Shown here: positions 18,018 through 26,618 of the stretch, piece after piece
How positions within the stretch are numbered: position 1 is the first letter of the stretch
Layout of the letters: each line of letters starts with the position of its first letter
Notes under the pieces: model-generated
What the model was told of the DNA's origin: nothing
What the model saw: the letters and a program-made list of their open reading frames with translations, nothing else
Databases searched by the model: none
Made by a program: the position numbers and the translations under genes
Assembly: GCA_041595875.1 (NCBI GenBank)
Contig: JBFHJN010000004.1
Location: 7,130-71,129, forward strand
Length of the DNA: 64,000 nt
Reading direction: 5' to 3'
Source of the DNA: Coriobacteriia bacterium
GTDB taxonomy: Bacteria > Actinomycetota > Coriobacteriia > Anaerosomatales > Anaerosomataceae

Positions 18018-18869
18018 ATGCACAAAGTAGGGATCGTCTGCGACAGCACGTGCGACATGGGGCCCCAGTGGCTCGCCGAGAACGACATCGTGATGGTTCC
18101 ACTCAAGGTCCTGTTCGGCGATACGACCTATCTTGACTGGATCGACCTCACGCCCGAATCATTCTACGCCCTGCTCAAGGACGCACCCGCGCTCCCCAAG
18201 ACGTCCCAGCCTTCGCCGGCTGACTTCCTGGCCGTCTATCAGTCGCTTGCGGATGCGGGCTGCGAGGAGATCGTGTCGATCCACCTCACGGCCGCGCTTT
18301 CCGGCACTCACGAGTCAGCGGTTCTCGCATCGGCGTCATCACCTGTTCCCGTTCGCGTGGTGGACACATGCACGGTTTCAGCTGCGGTGGCCCTCTGCAT
18401 AGGAGCGGCGCTGGCAGCGCGCGATGCTGGCGGAGACGGAGCTGCCGTCGAGGCGGCTGCACGAAAGGTTGCCGACACAGACCGTCTACTGTTCGCCCTT
18501 GATACGCTCGAGTATCTCGTCAAGGGTGGCCGCGCCGGCAAGGCCAAAGGACTCGCGGCGAGCCTTCTCAACATCAAGCCGGTCCTGACCTTCAACGAGG
18601 AAGGCACGATCGAGCCCTTCAAGAACGCAAAGGGGACGAAGAAGGCCCTCCAGCTCATCGCCGAACAGGTCGCGCAGGACTCCGCTGATGGCCGCGTCCG
18701 GGTCGCACTCCTGCACTCGCTCTCGCCAGACCTTGTCGAGGCGCTCAGGCAGGCGCTTGACGCCGCTGGCGCAGACTACGAGGTAGAGGGCGTCCACGAG
18801 CTTGGCGCCGTCATCGGCTCATACGGTGGACCGCGAGCCATAGGCATCGGCTACTACCCGATCGGCTGA
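18018..18869 (+). CDS. DegV family fatty-acid-binding protein (FakB-like)
   Basis: VGIVCDSTCDM, PKTSQPSPADF, SGTHESA and GPRAIGIGYY are DegV signatures. Confidence 0.9.
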   Translation: MHKVGIVCDSTCDMGPQWLAENDIVMVPLKVLFGDTTYLDWIDLTPESFYALLKDAPALPKTSQPSPADFLAVYQSLADAGCEEIVSIHLTAALSGTHESAVLASASSPVPVRVVDTCTVSAAVALCIGAALAARDAGGDGAAVEAAARKVADTDRLLFALDTLEYLVKGGRAGKAKGLAASLLNIKPVLTFNEEGTIEPFKNAKGTKKALQLIAEQVAQDSADGRVRVALLHSLSPDLVEALRQALDAAGADYEVEGVHELGAVIGSYGGPRAIGIGYYPIG

Positions 18870-18883
18870 GGGGAGCGTCGCGC

Positions 18884-20986
18884 GTGCACGACGGCGACGC
18901 ACGATCGAACGCTATAGAACGCTGGGCGCTTCCTGTCTCGGAGGTGCGCTTCGTCGATGCGCGCAAGGCTGAAGCGCTGGAGCGTCTCGACATTCGCACC
19001 GTCGAAGACCTGGTACGGCACTACCCCTTCAGGTATCTCGATCTGTCGACCACGGCGCCGGTCTCTGCGGTCAAGCCCGGGACCGAGGCGACCGTCACCG
19101 GAGTCGTCCATGACATTAAGGTCAAGCATCCGCGACCGCGCCTGAGCATCACCGAGATAGCTCTGGTGGACGAGACCGCAGCGATCATCGGCGTCTGGTT
19201 CAACCAGCCGTACATGGGCCAGCGCTTCCGCATAGGCGAGCGCCTTGCGTTCGCCGGCAGGGTGGAGTTCGAGTACGGCCTCAAGCAGATGCGTTCGCCG
19301 TTCGTAGAACGGCTTGGCGAGGACAACGGCCCTGAGTCGCTCGGGCGCATCCTTCCTGTCCATCGCGCCACTGACGGGCTGTCGACCAACTGGATGCGGC
19401 GACTGGTCGATGAGGCGCTGAGCATCGGCGGCAAGGTGCCCGATCCGCTCCCGGCGCAGCTGCGGTCCGACCGCGGCCTGATGTCTCTGAGCCACTCGCT
19501 GCGATCGATACACTTCCCGCAGAGCGCCGAGGAGGCCGAAGCTGCGCGCAAACGGCTCGCATACGAGGAACTCCTCATCCTGCAATTGGGACTCAGGATG
19601 CGTCGGCACCGGGAAGTGGGCGAGCGCCCCGGCTTCTCTCACACCGTCACCGGTCCGGCCGCCTCCCGGTTCGAATCAGCGCTGCCTTTTGCGCTCACTG
19701 ACGATCAGCTTCGTGCGGTCGAGGAAGTGACTCTCGACATGCGCTCATCTGTGCCCATGAACCGCATGCTGCTCGGTGATGTCGGGACCGGCAAGACCGC
19801 GGTCGCCACCGCCGCACTGGCCGCTGTTGCGGATTCGGGCACGCAAGCGGCCATGATGGCGCCCACCGAGGTCCTCGCGACCCAGTACGCATCCAAGGTC
19901 GGACCGCTTCTGGACGACATGCAGATATCGTGGCGTCTGCTCACGGGCTCCACTCCTGCTGCGGAGCGCAGGGCGATACTGGCCGGGCTCATGGACGGGA
20001 CCGTCACCGTCGCGTTCGGCACGCATGCCCTCATCCAGGAGGACGTGCAGTTCAGTCGCCTGACTCTTGCCATCGTCGACGAGCAGCATCGCTTCGGAGT
20101 CTCTCAGCGCCTCGCGCTCCGGTCCAAAGGTGAGACGCCCGATCTGCTGGTCATGACCGCCACGCCTATACCCCGCAGCCTCGCTCTCACGCTCTATGGC
20201 GATCTTGAGATCACCTACCTGCGCACCCGTCCCGGTGGGCGAGGGCCCGACCACGTCTCGACCTCGCTCGTGCCCCGTTCCGGTCGAACGGACGCGTACG
20301 ACCGCGTCAGGGTCGCGATCAGCAGTGGTCGGCAGGCCTACGTGGTCTGTGCGCTGGTGGATGAATCCGACGAGGCGCAGGCCAAGGCCGCCAACTCAGA
20401 GGCAATCAGGCTGCAAACCGAGGTGTTCCCTGATCTTCGCGTCGGTCTGCTCACGGGGCAGATGCGTCCAGCCGAGAAACTCTCCGTCATGCAGGAGTTC
20501 CGCGATGGCGCCGTCGACGTCCTGGTGGCCACCACCGTCATAGAAGTCGGCGTCGACGTACCCAACGCCACGCTGATGATCGTGGAGGACGCTGAGCGCT
20601 TCGGGCTGGCGCAGCTTCACCAGCTCCGCGGTCGTGTCGGCCGGGGAGAACACCCCGGCGAGGTACTGCTCTTTGCCGACCCGCGCACTGCTGAGGGCCG
20701 GAAGCGCATGCAAGCCATCGTCTCCACCAACGACGGATTCGCCCTTGCCGAGGAAGACCTCAAGCAACGGGGGGAGGGCGACTTGTTCGGAGCACGTCAA
20801 AGCGGACTTCCCGCGTTGCGGCTCGCGTCCGTCGTCACGGACGGCGAGCTGATCGAGATGTCGCGACATGATGCAGAATCGATCGTGTCGCAAGACCCGG
20901 AGCTCCGCTCTGATTTGAACGCTCTGCTGGCCTGGGAGGTCTCTCATGTCTTCGGAGCAGGATGGGAATGGGTGAGTGCAGGATGA
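18884..20986 (+). CDS. recG: ATP-dependent DNA helicase RecG
   Basis: Wedge/OB N-terminal domain, LLGDVGTGKTAV Walker A, IVDEQHRFGV, TATPIPRSL and QLHQLRGRVGRG. Confidence 0.93.
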   Translation: MHDGDARSNAIERWALPVSEVRFVDARKAEALERLDIRTVEDLVRHYPFRYLDLSTTAPVSAVKPGTEATVTGVVHDIKVKHPRPRLSITEIALVDETAAIIGVWFNQPYMGQRFRIGERLAFAGRVEFEYGLKQMRSPFVERLGEDNGPESLGRILPVHRATDGLSTNWMRRLVDEALSIGGKVPDPLPAQLRSDRGLMSLSHSLRSIHFPQSAEEAEAARKRLAYEELLILQLGLRMRRHREVGERPGFSHTVTGPAASRFESALPFALTDDQLRAVEEVTLDMRSSVPMNRMLLGDVGTGKTAVATAALAAVADSGTQAAMMAPTEVLATQYASKVGPLLDDMQISWRLLTGSTPAAERRAILAGLMDGTVTVAFGTHALIQEDVQFSRLTLAIVDEQHRFGVSQRLALRSKGETPDLLVMTATPIPRSLALTLYGDLEITYLRTRPGGRGPDHVSTSLVPRSGRTDAYDRVRVAISSGRQAYVVCALVDESDEAQAKAANSEAIRLQTEVFPDLRVGLLTGQMRPAEKLSVMQEFRDGAVDVLVATTVIEVGVDVPNATLMIVEDAERFGLAQLHQLRGRVGRGEHPGEVLLFADPRTAEGRKRMQAIVSTNDGFALAEEDLKQRGEGDLFGARQSGLPALRLASVVTDGELIEMSRHDAESIVSQDPELRSDLNALLAWEVSHVFGAGWEWVSAG

Positions 20987-21564
20987 GGATCATCGCGGGA
21001 ACGCACCGTGGACGGACACTTGTCGCACCGAAGGGAACCGGCACCCGCCCCACCTCGGATCGTGTCCGGGAGGCCGTCTTCTCCACGCTGACGCACCGTT
21101 TTGACGCGCTTATCGACGCAGATGTGCTCGACGTGTTCGCGGGCTCAGGGGCGTTGGGCCTAGAAGCGCTCTCTCGCGGCGCGATGAGCGCGACCTTCGT
21201 GGAGAACGACCGCGTCGCCCGGGCAGCGCTGGAACGCAATATATCCACGCTGGGAGTGGGTGCTCAGTGTGCCACAGTCAGCAGAGATGCGTTTCGTCTG
21301 GGCGGAAAGCCCAGGCCCGGCGCGTCGTTCTCGTTGCTCTTTCTCGACCCGCCCTATAGAATCGAACCGGCCCTTATCAGGGAGTTACTGGAAGAGCTTG
21401 CTTGCGCAGGCTCACTTGAAGAGGGCGCGGTGACGGTCTTCGAGCACCGTACAGGGAACGTACCTGTGTGGCCTGCAGGATTCGAAGACGCCGGAAGCCG
21501 CGCATACGGGGAGACGACCGTGTCATACGCACTATGGCATGCCGAGAAGGAGCGCACAGCGTGA
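20983..21564 (+). CDS. rsmD: 16S rRNA (guanine966-N2)-methyltransferase RsmD
   Basis: MRIIAGTHRGRTLVAPKGTGTRPTSDRVREAVFS and LFLDPPY. The ATG at 20983 overlaps the recG stop (ATGA). Confidence 0.88.
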   Translation: MRIIAGTHRGRTLVAPKGTGTRPTSDRVREAVFSTLTHRFDALIDADVLDVFAGSGALGLEALSRGAMSATFVENDRVARAALERNISTLGVGAQCATVSRDAFRLGGKPRPGASFSLLFLDPPYRIEPALIRELLEELACAGSLEEGAVTVFEHRTGNVPVWPAGFEDAGSRAYGETTVSYALWHAEKERTA

Positions 21565-22052
21565 GACGCGCACTATGTCCAGGGACGTTCGATCCCGTCA
21601 CATCCGGACATCTCGACATCATCGAGCGTTCGGCCTCGCTCTTTGACGAAGTAGTGGTGGCAGTGGGACTCAGCCCTGACAAGGGAGGCGGTCCGCTCTT
21701 CTCGGTGGACGAGCGTGTCGACTTCATCACAAACGCTGTGAAGCATTTGACTAACGTCGTAGTGCGACCTTTTGATACTCTTCTAGTAGAATTCGCACAG
21801 ATGAATGATGCACACGTCATCATCAAGGGTCTGCGCGCTGTTACTGACTTCGAACGGGAGTTCCAGATGGCGCAGTTGAACTACCGGTTGGACGCTGACA
21901 TCGAGACGATGTTCATCATGTCCATACCGGAGTATGCATACTTGAGTTCGTCCGCTGTGAAGGAGATAGCGCGTCACGGCGGTTCGGTACGAGGTCTTGT
22001 GCCAGACGCAGTATGTGAGGCTTTGGCCGCACGGTTGAACCAGTCCCACTAG
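21561..22052 (+). CDS. coaD: phosphopantetheine adenylyltransferase
   Basis: ALCPGTFDPVTSGHLDIIERS, IIKGLRAVTDFEREFQMA and SSSAVKEIARHGG. The GTG at 21561 overlaps the rsmD stop (GTGA). Confidence 0.93.
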   Translation: MRRALCPGTFDPVTSGHLDIIERSASLFDEVVVAVGLSPDKGGGPLFSVDERVDFITNAVKHLTNVVVRPFDTLLVEFAQMNDAHVIIKGLRAVTDFEREFQMAQLNYRLDADIETMFIMSIPEYAYLSSSAVKEIARHGGSVRGLVPDAVCEALAARLNQSH

Positions 22053-22062
22053 GGAGGTACGC

Positions 22063-22521
22063 ATGGACATCATGGCGCTTATCGACCGGATTGAAGAACT
22101 AGTCGATACCGGCCGCAATGTGCCGTTCTCGTCCAATAAGATCGTTGATCCGGAGAAGATCTACGAGATCATAGACGAGATACGCGCTCAGTTCCCCGAT
22201 GAACTGAAGCAGGCACGCTGGATAGTCAAGGAGCGTCAGGAGATGCTCGAGGAGGCCGAGAAAGAGGCCAACCGCATCCTCGAGGAGTCGCGTGACCGCG
22301 CACAGGCGCTGGCAAGCGACCAGGAGATCGTCAAGCTCGCCGAACAGCAGGCTGCCGAGATACTCGACACCGCACGCACCCGTGAACGTGAGATCCGTCT
22401 GGGTGCCGAAGACTATGCCGACGAGATGCTCGCCAACCTTGAGGTCAATCTCGGCAAGCTCCTCACTGCCGTGCAGCGCGGTCGTGATCGCCTGCAGGGC
22501 AAGGTCGGGCAGCGTAGCTGA
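22063..22521 (+). CDS. conserved coiled-coil protein of unknown function (ATPase subunit b/E-like heptad region)
   Basis: 152 aa. Residues ~45-150 are charged heptad repeats (EEAEKEANRILEESRDRAQALASDQEIVKLAEQQAAEIL). Coding-like composition, sitting between coaD and yceD. Confidence 0.7.
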   Translation: MDIMALIDRIEELVDTGRNVPFSSNKIVDPEKIYEIIDEIRAQFPDELKQARWIVKERQEMLEEAEKEANRILEESRDRAQALASDQEIVKLAEQQAAEILDTARTREREIRLGAEDYADEMLANLEVNLGKLLTAVQRGRDRLQGKVGQRS

Positions 22522-22526
22522 TCGCC

Positions 22527-23063
22527 ATGAGCGAACAGTACCTTGTTGAAGCACGGGACCTCCTCGAACAACTCGGGGAGCAGATCAGCCTCGACGGCGA
22601 GGTGCCGCTGCAGCCATTCGTGATGGGGAGTGAGACGTTCACCCCCGTGGGTCCCGCCCATGTGGACGTATCGATCACCAACACGGGTGCAGGTCTGGTG
22701 GCATCCGGGACGATCGATGTCGACGTGACGGCGACGTGCTCACGTTGTCTATCCGACTTCGTCTTGCCGCTCACCGGCCAGGTCGAGGCCTTCTACGTCA
22801 ACTCCTCGCATGCTGACGAGTTGCCCGAGGAGCAGGACTTCGAGCTGATAGGCGATCACGCCATCATCGACGTCATGCCTGCGCTGCGTGCCGCCATCAC
22901 GGTCGAGCTGCCTTTCGCTCCACTGCACGACCCTGAGTGCGCGGGCATATGCCCCGTTTGCGGCATCAACCTCAACGAAGAGTCATGCGAGTGCGATCCG
23001 TCATCGTCTGAATCGCCTTTCGGTGCCCTTCAAGGGCTGCTTTCCGACGAAGGCGCCGAGTAG
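22527..23063 (+). CDS. yceD: YceD/DUF177 family protein (large-subunit rRNA accumulation protein)
   Basis: DUF177 layout with a C-terminal Cys cluster (DPECAGICPVCGINLNEESCECD). Conserved partner immediately upstream of rpmF. Confidence 0.85.
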   Translation: MSEQYLVEARDLLEQLGEQISLDGEVPLQPFVMGSETFTPVGPAHVDVSITNTGAGLVASGTIDVDVTATCSRCLSDFVLPLTGQVEAFYVNSSHADELPEEQDFELIGDHAIIDVMPALRAAITVELPFAPLHDPECAGICPVCGINLNEESCECDPSSSESPFGALQGLLSDEGAE

Positions 23064-23075
23064 AACGCGCTCCGG

Positions 23076-23106
23076 TTGCCTCGTACCCCGCTAGCTGTGT
23101 TAGAAT
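23076..23106 (+). promoter_or_regulatory. candidate promoter for rpmF
   Basis: TTGCCT, a 19 nt spacer (long), then TGT-TAGAAT (extended -10). Confidence 0.35.
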
Positions 23107-23195
23107 GTCGCCTTGCGCCGGCTGCCAGCCGGTTGGACTTACAAGCACCGGGTACCAGCTGATAGGCGGTACCTCGTGGAAGGAGCACGCAGAAC

Positions 23196-23372
23196 ATGCC
23201 TGTCCCCAAGAGAAAGACCTCGCGCGCCGTACGTGACTCTCGTCGTGCGAATGACGGCCTGAAGGCGCCCGCGCACTCAGTGTGCCCGCAGTGCCATGAA
23301 GCCAAGCTGCCTCACCGTGTATGCCCTAGTTGCGGGTACTATGACGGTAAGGAAATAGTCGAAACCGAGTAG
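23196..23372 (+). CDS. rpmF: 50S ribosomal protein L32
   Basis: Not in the ORF track (58 aa). My translation is [67 protein letters not shown]. Zinc-ribbon (CxxC..CxxC) form of L32. Confidence 0.9.
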   Translation: MPVPKRKTSRAVRDSRRANDGLKAPAHSVCPQCHEAKLPHRVCPSCGYYDGKEIVETE

Positions 23373-23431
23373 CCGTCTTCGGCTTGCTGCCGATTCGGAC
23401 ACTGTCTTCATGCTGGGGGAGGTCATAGCGA

Positions 23432-25525
23432 GTGCTCGACGAGTTCTTCTCTCCGCGATCGGTCGCCGTGATCGGCGTCTCACGGGATGAGGACAAGGTC
23501 GGGCACATAGTGTTCGACAACCTCCGGGCTGGTGGGTTTTCTGGTGATCTCTATCCTGTGAACCCCGGTGCGGACGAGATACACGGCATCACTTGTTATC
23601 CTTCAGTGACCGCGATCGATGGAGACGTCGACCTCGCGGTCATTGTTGTTCCACCGCGCTTTACCGAGAGCGCGATGCGGGAGTGCGGTCAGAAGCAGAT
23701 TCGGGCCGTCATCGTCATCACGGCCGGATTCAAAGAGACAGGTCCTGCAGGCGCGGCCATGGAACGGGCTCTTGTGGACACTGCCAGGGAGTTCGGCATC
23801 CGACTCTTGGGTCCCAACTGTCTAGGCCTTATCTCGGCACACTCGTCGCTCAATGCCTCGTTCGCCGTCACGATGCCAACGCCCGGGTCTATCTCGTTCA
23901 TGTCCCAGTCCGGCGCGCTCGGGACTGCGGTACTGGACTGGACCGCAGGCGAAGGGATCGGTCTTGCCGACTTCGTGTCCCTGGGGAACAAGGCTGACAT
24001 ATCCGAGGTCGACCTGGTGCGCACCTGGGCGCAAGACCCCAACACCAAGGTCGTCACGGCGTATCTGGAGGCCATCAACGACGGACAGGCGTTCGTGGAG
24101 GCCGTGACCGACCTTGTGCGACACAAGCCGTTCGTCGCCTTGAAGTCCGGGGTGTCTGACGCCGGCGCCCGCGCCGTTTCATCCCACACCGGCAGCCTTG
24201 CGGGGTCCGAGCGTGCCTACGACGCGGCCTTCCTGAAAGCGGGAGCGATCCGGGCCACCACGATCGAGGAGCTCTTCGATATCTCGGTGGCCCTCTCCAG
24301 ACAGCCGCTCCCTAAAGGCCCCGGGCTCGTCATCCTCACCAATGCGGGCGGTCCGGCCATCCTGGCGACCGACGCCTGCGATCGAGCGGGCGTGCCGCTC
24401 GCGACACTTGAAGCCGAGACGGTCAGCCTTCTGCAGGCGGTTCTTCCGGATGCGGCGGCGTTCTACAACCCCGTGGACGTGCTGGGTGACGCTCCGGCAC
24501 AGCGCTACGAAGACGCGCTCTCCGTGCTTGCTCAAGATCCCAACGTACGCTCCATCCTGGTGATCCTCACGCCGCAGGCGACCACCGAACCCGCCAAGAC
24601 CGCCGAGGCGATCGCCCGCGTCTCCCGTGAGTCCGGAATCACGACACTCGCATGCTTCATGGGCGATCGGGCCGTTGCGCCCGGCGTCACGGTCCTTCGT
24701 GACAATGGCGTGCCCCAGTACCCCTTCCCTGAACGCGCGATCGCGACCATCGCTGCGATGGAGCAGTACCGGCAGACGCGTGAAAGGGCTGACACGGTCC
24801 GGAGCGCCATCGAGACTGACAAGGTCACCGTTCGAAACGCCATCGATCATGCACGCGCTGCGGGGCGCACCTTCATCACCGAGCAGTCGGCCTCAAACAT
24901 CGCCAGGGCGTACGGCATACCCGTGCCAAAGGGCGGACTCGCTCGCGATCTGGCTGAGACGAAGCAGATGGCGGCAGAGATCGGCTATCCCCTGGTGATG
25001 AAGATCGCCAGCCCGGATATCTTGCACAAGTCCGACATCGGCGGCATTCGCGTCGGGATCCAAGACGAAGCCGGGCTTGTCTCGGCGTATGAAGACATCA
25101 TCGCCCGCGGACGCGCGTACATGGCCGACGCCCGCATATGGGGTGTGACCGTGCAAGAACAGATACCCGAAGGCCGTGAACTGATCATCGGGGTCAACCG
25201 CGATCCTCAGTTCGGTCCACTGTTGATGTTCGGCCTGGGAGGCATCTACGTTGAGGTGCTCAAAGATGTGACGTTCCGACTGTGCCCGGTCAGCGAGAAG
25301 GAAGCGCGCAGCATGATCTCGGAGATCCGCGGCTTCGGCCTCCTGCGCGGGGTTCGCGGTCAGCGGCCTGCCGACCTTGACGCCGTCGTCGACGTCATCA
25401 CGCGCATATCCGCGCTGGTGACCGACTTCGACGAGATCACGGAGCTCGACATCAACCCGCTCATAGTCCACGACAAAGGCGGCGGTAGCGTCGCAGCTGA
25501 TATCCGCATCGGGATCGGAGGATGA
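23432..25525 (+). CDS. ADP-forming acetyl-CoA synthetase (fused alpha-beta; acetate--CoA ligase family)
   Basis: CoA-binding N-terminus (SVAVIGVSRDEDKVGH), ligase-CoA domain (MSQSGALGTAVLDW), phospho-His loop (VSSHTGSLAGS) and C-terminal ATP-grasp (GYPLVMKIASPDILHKSDIGGIRVGI). There is no C-terminal GNAT domain. GGGGGAGG RBS, GTG start. Confidence 0.88.
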   Translation: MLDEFFSPRSVAVIGVSRDEDKVGHIVFDNLRAGGFSGDLYPVNPGADEIHGITCYPSVTAIDGDVDLAVIVVPPRFTESAMRECGQKQIRAVIVITAGFKETGPAGAAMERALVDTAREFGIRLLGPNCLGLISAHSSLNASFAVTMPTPGSISFMSQSGALGTAVLDWTAGEGIGLADFVSLGNKADISEVDLVRTWAQDPNTKVVTAYLEAINDGQAFVEAVTDLVRHKPFVALKSGVSDAGARAVSSHTGSLAGSERAYDAAFLKAGAIRATTIEELFDISVALSRQPLPKGPGLVILTNAGGPAILATDACDRAGVPLATLEAETVSLLQAVLPDAAAFYNPVDVLGDAPAQRYEDALSVLAQDPNVRSILVILTPQATTEPAKTAEAIARVSRESGITTLACFMGDRAVAPGVTVLRDNGVPQYPFPERAIATIAAMEQYRQTRERADTVRSAIETDKVTVRNAIDHARAAGRTFITEQSASNIARAYGIPVPKGGLARDLAETKQMAAEIGYPLVMKIASPDILHKSDIGGIRVGIQDEAGLVSAYEDIIARGRAYMADARIWGVTVQEQIPEGRELIIGVNRDPQFGPLLMFGLGGIYVEVLKDVTFRLCPVSEKEARSMISEIRGFGLLRGVRGQRPADLDAVVDVITRISALVTDFDEITELDINPLIVHDKGGGSVAADIRIGIGG

Positions 25526-26592
25526 CAATGCACGCGATCCTCGTTACATCCACAGCCCCGTACTCCGGGAAGAGCGGCATCGCTCTTGCGCTCATCTACG
25601 AGCTACAGGAGCGCGGACTGAAGGTGGGCTACTTCAAGCCGTTCGGCACGATGCCTGTCACGGTCGACGGGCTGACCACCGACCAGGACGCGTTGTACGT
25701 GAACCGCTGCTGCTTGCATGAACCGGCCCCGCTCGAGGACATCTGCCCCATAGTGCGCACTCAAGGCTTCATCGAGAGCGTGCTTGCGAATGAGAGCGAT
25801 GGCCTTGAGGAGCGGGTCCTCTCGGCGTATGCATCCGCGTCGAAGGACCGCGACGTGATGGTCATCGAAGGTCAGAGCGACCTGTACCAGGGCCGAAGCA
25901 TCGGGCTGTCAATGGAGCGTATCGCCGGGCTGCTCGATGCGTCCGTGCTGCTCATCGACCGTCCTAACGGGATGGACCTGCCCGATGACGTCCTCACGGT
26001 CACCGCTGCGCTGGGCGACAACCTGGGCGGCGTCCTGTTGAACTGGGTGCAGGAATCGCAGACCGACTTCGTCACCCGCAGGGTCGCACCGTTCCTCGCG
26101 TCATCGGGTGTGGACGTGTTAGGGATTCTGCCCTACGACGCGGCGCTCTCATCTGTCACTGTCGGTGAGATCGTGGAGGCGTTGGGCGGCACCGTGCTGT
26201 GTGCCGAAGACCGCCTCGGCGAGCGTGTCGAGGCGTTCATGGTAGGTGCGATGGGACAGGACAAGGCTCTGCGTTTCTTCCGCCGGAAATCCCGCAAGGC
26301 GGTCATCACCGGCGGCGACAGGGCCGATGTCCAACTGGCGGCCCTTGAGACCAACACCCACGCCCTCATCCTCACGGGCAACCTCCCTCCCGGGACTCTG
26401 GTGCTTGCCAGGGCGGAGGAACTGGGCGTGCCCATGATCATGGTCGACACAGACACCCTGACAGCCGTGGAGAAGATGGAGGCGCTGATGGGGCACGTGC
26501 GCATCCATGACACCGGTAAGGCTGCTAGAATACGCGAGATGCTGAACAGGTCAGTCAACATGGACACGCTGTTGGCGAAGTTCGGCATCTAA
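25522..26592 (+). CDS. stand-alone phosphotransacetylase N-terminal-like protein (BioD/CobQ-like P-loop + DRTGG domains; no PTA catalytic domain)
   Basis: ILVTSTAPYSGKSGIALAL...GYFKP is a BioD-like P-loop. VITGGDRADVQLAALET...LILTGN is a DRTGG motif. At 356 aa it ends before any PTA_PTB domain. The ATG overlaps the ACD stop (ATGA). Confidence 0.8.
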   Translation: MTMHAILVTSTAPYSGKSGIALALIYELQERGLKVGYFKPFGTMPVTVDGLTTDQDALYVNRCCLHEPAPLEDICPIVRTQGFIESVLANESDGLEERVLSAYASASKDRDVMVIEGQSDLYQGRSIGLSMERIAGLLDASVLLIDRPNGMDLPDDVLTVTAALGDNLGGVLLNWVQESQTDFVTRRVAPFLASSGVDVLGILPYDAALSSVTVGEIVEALGGTVLCAEDRLGERVEAFMVGAMGQDKALRFFRRKSRKAVITGGDRADVQLAALETNTHALILTGNLPPGTLVLARAEELGVPMIMVDTDTLTAVEKMEALMGHVRIHDTGKAARIREMLNRSVNMDTLLAKFGI

Positions 26593-26618
26593 GACCGGCG
26601 CCCGAAAGAGGAGTGCAC

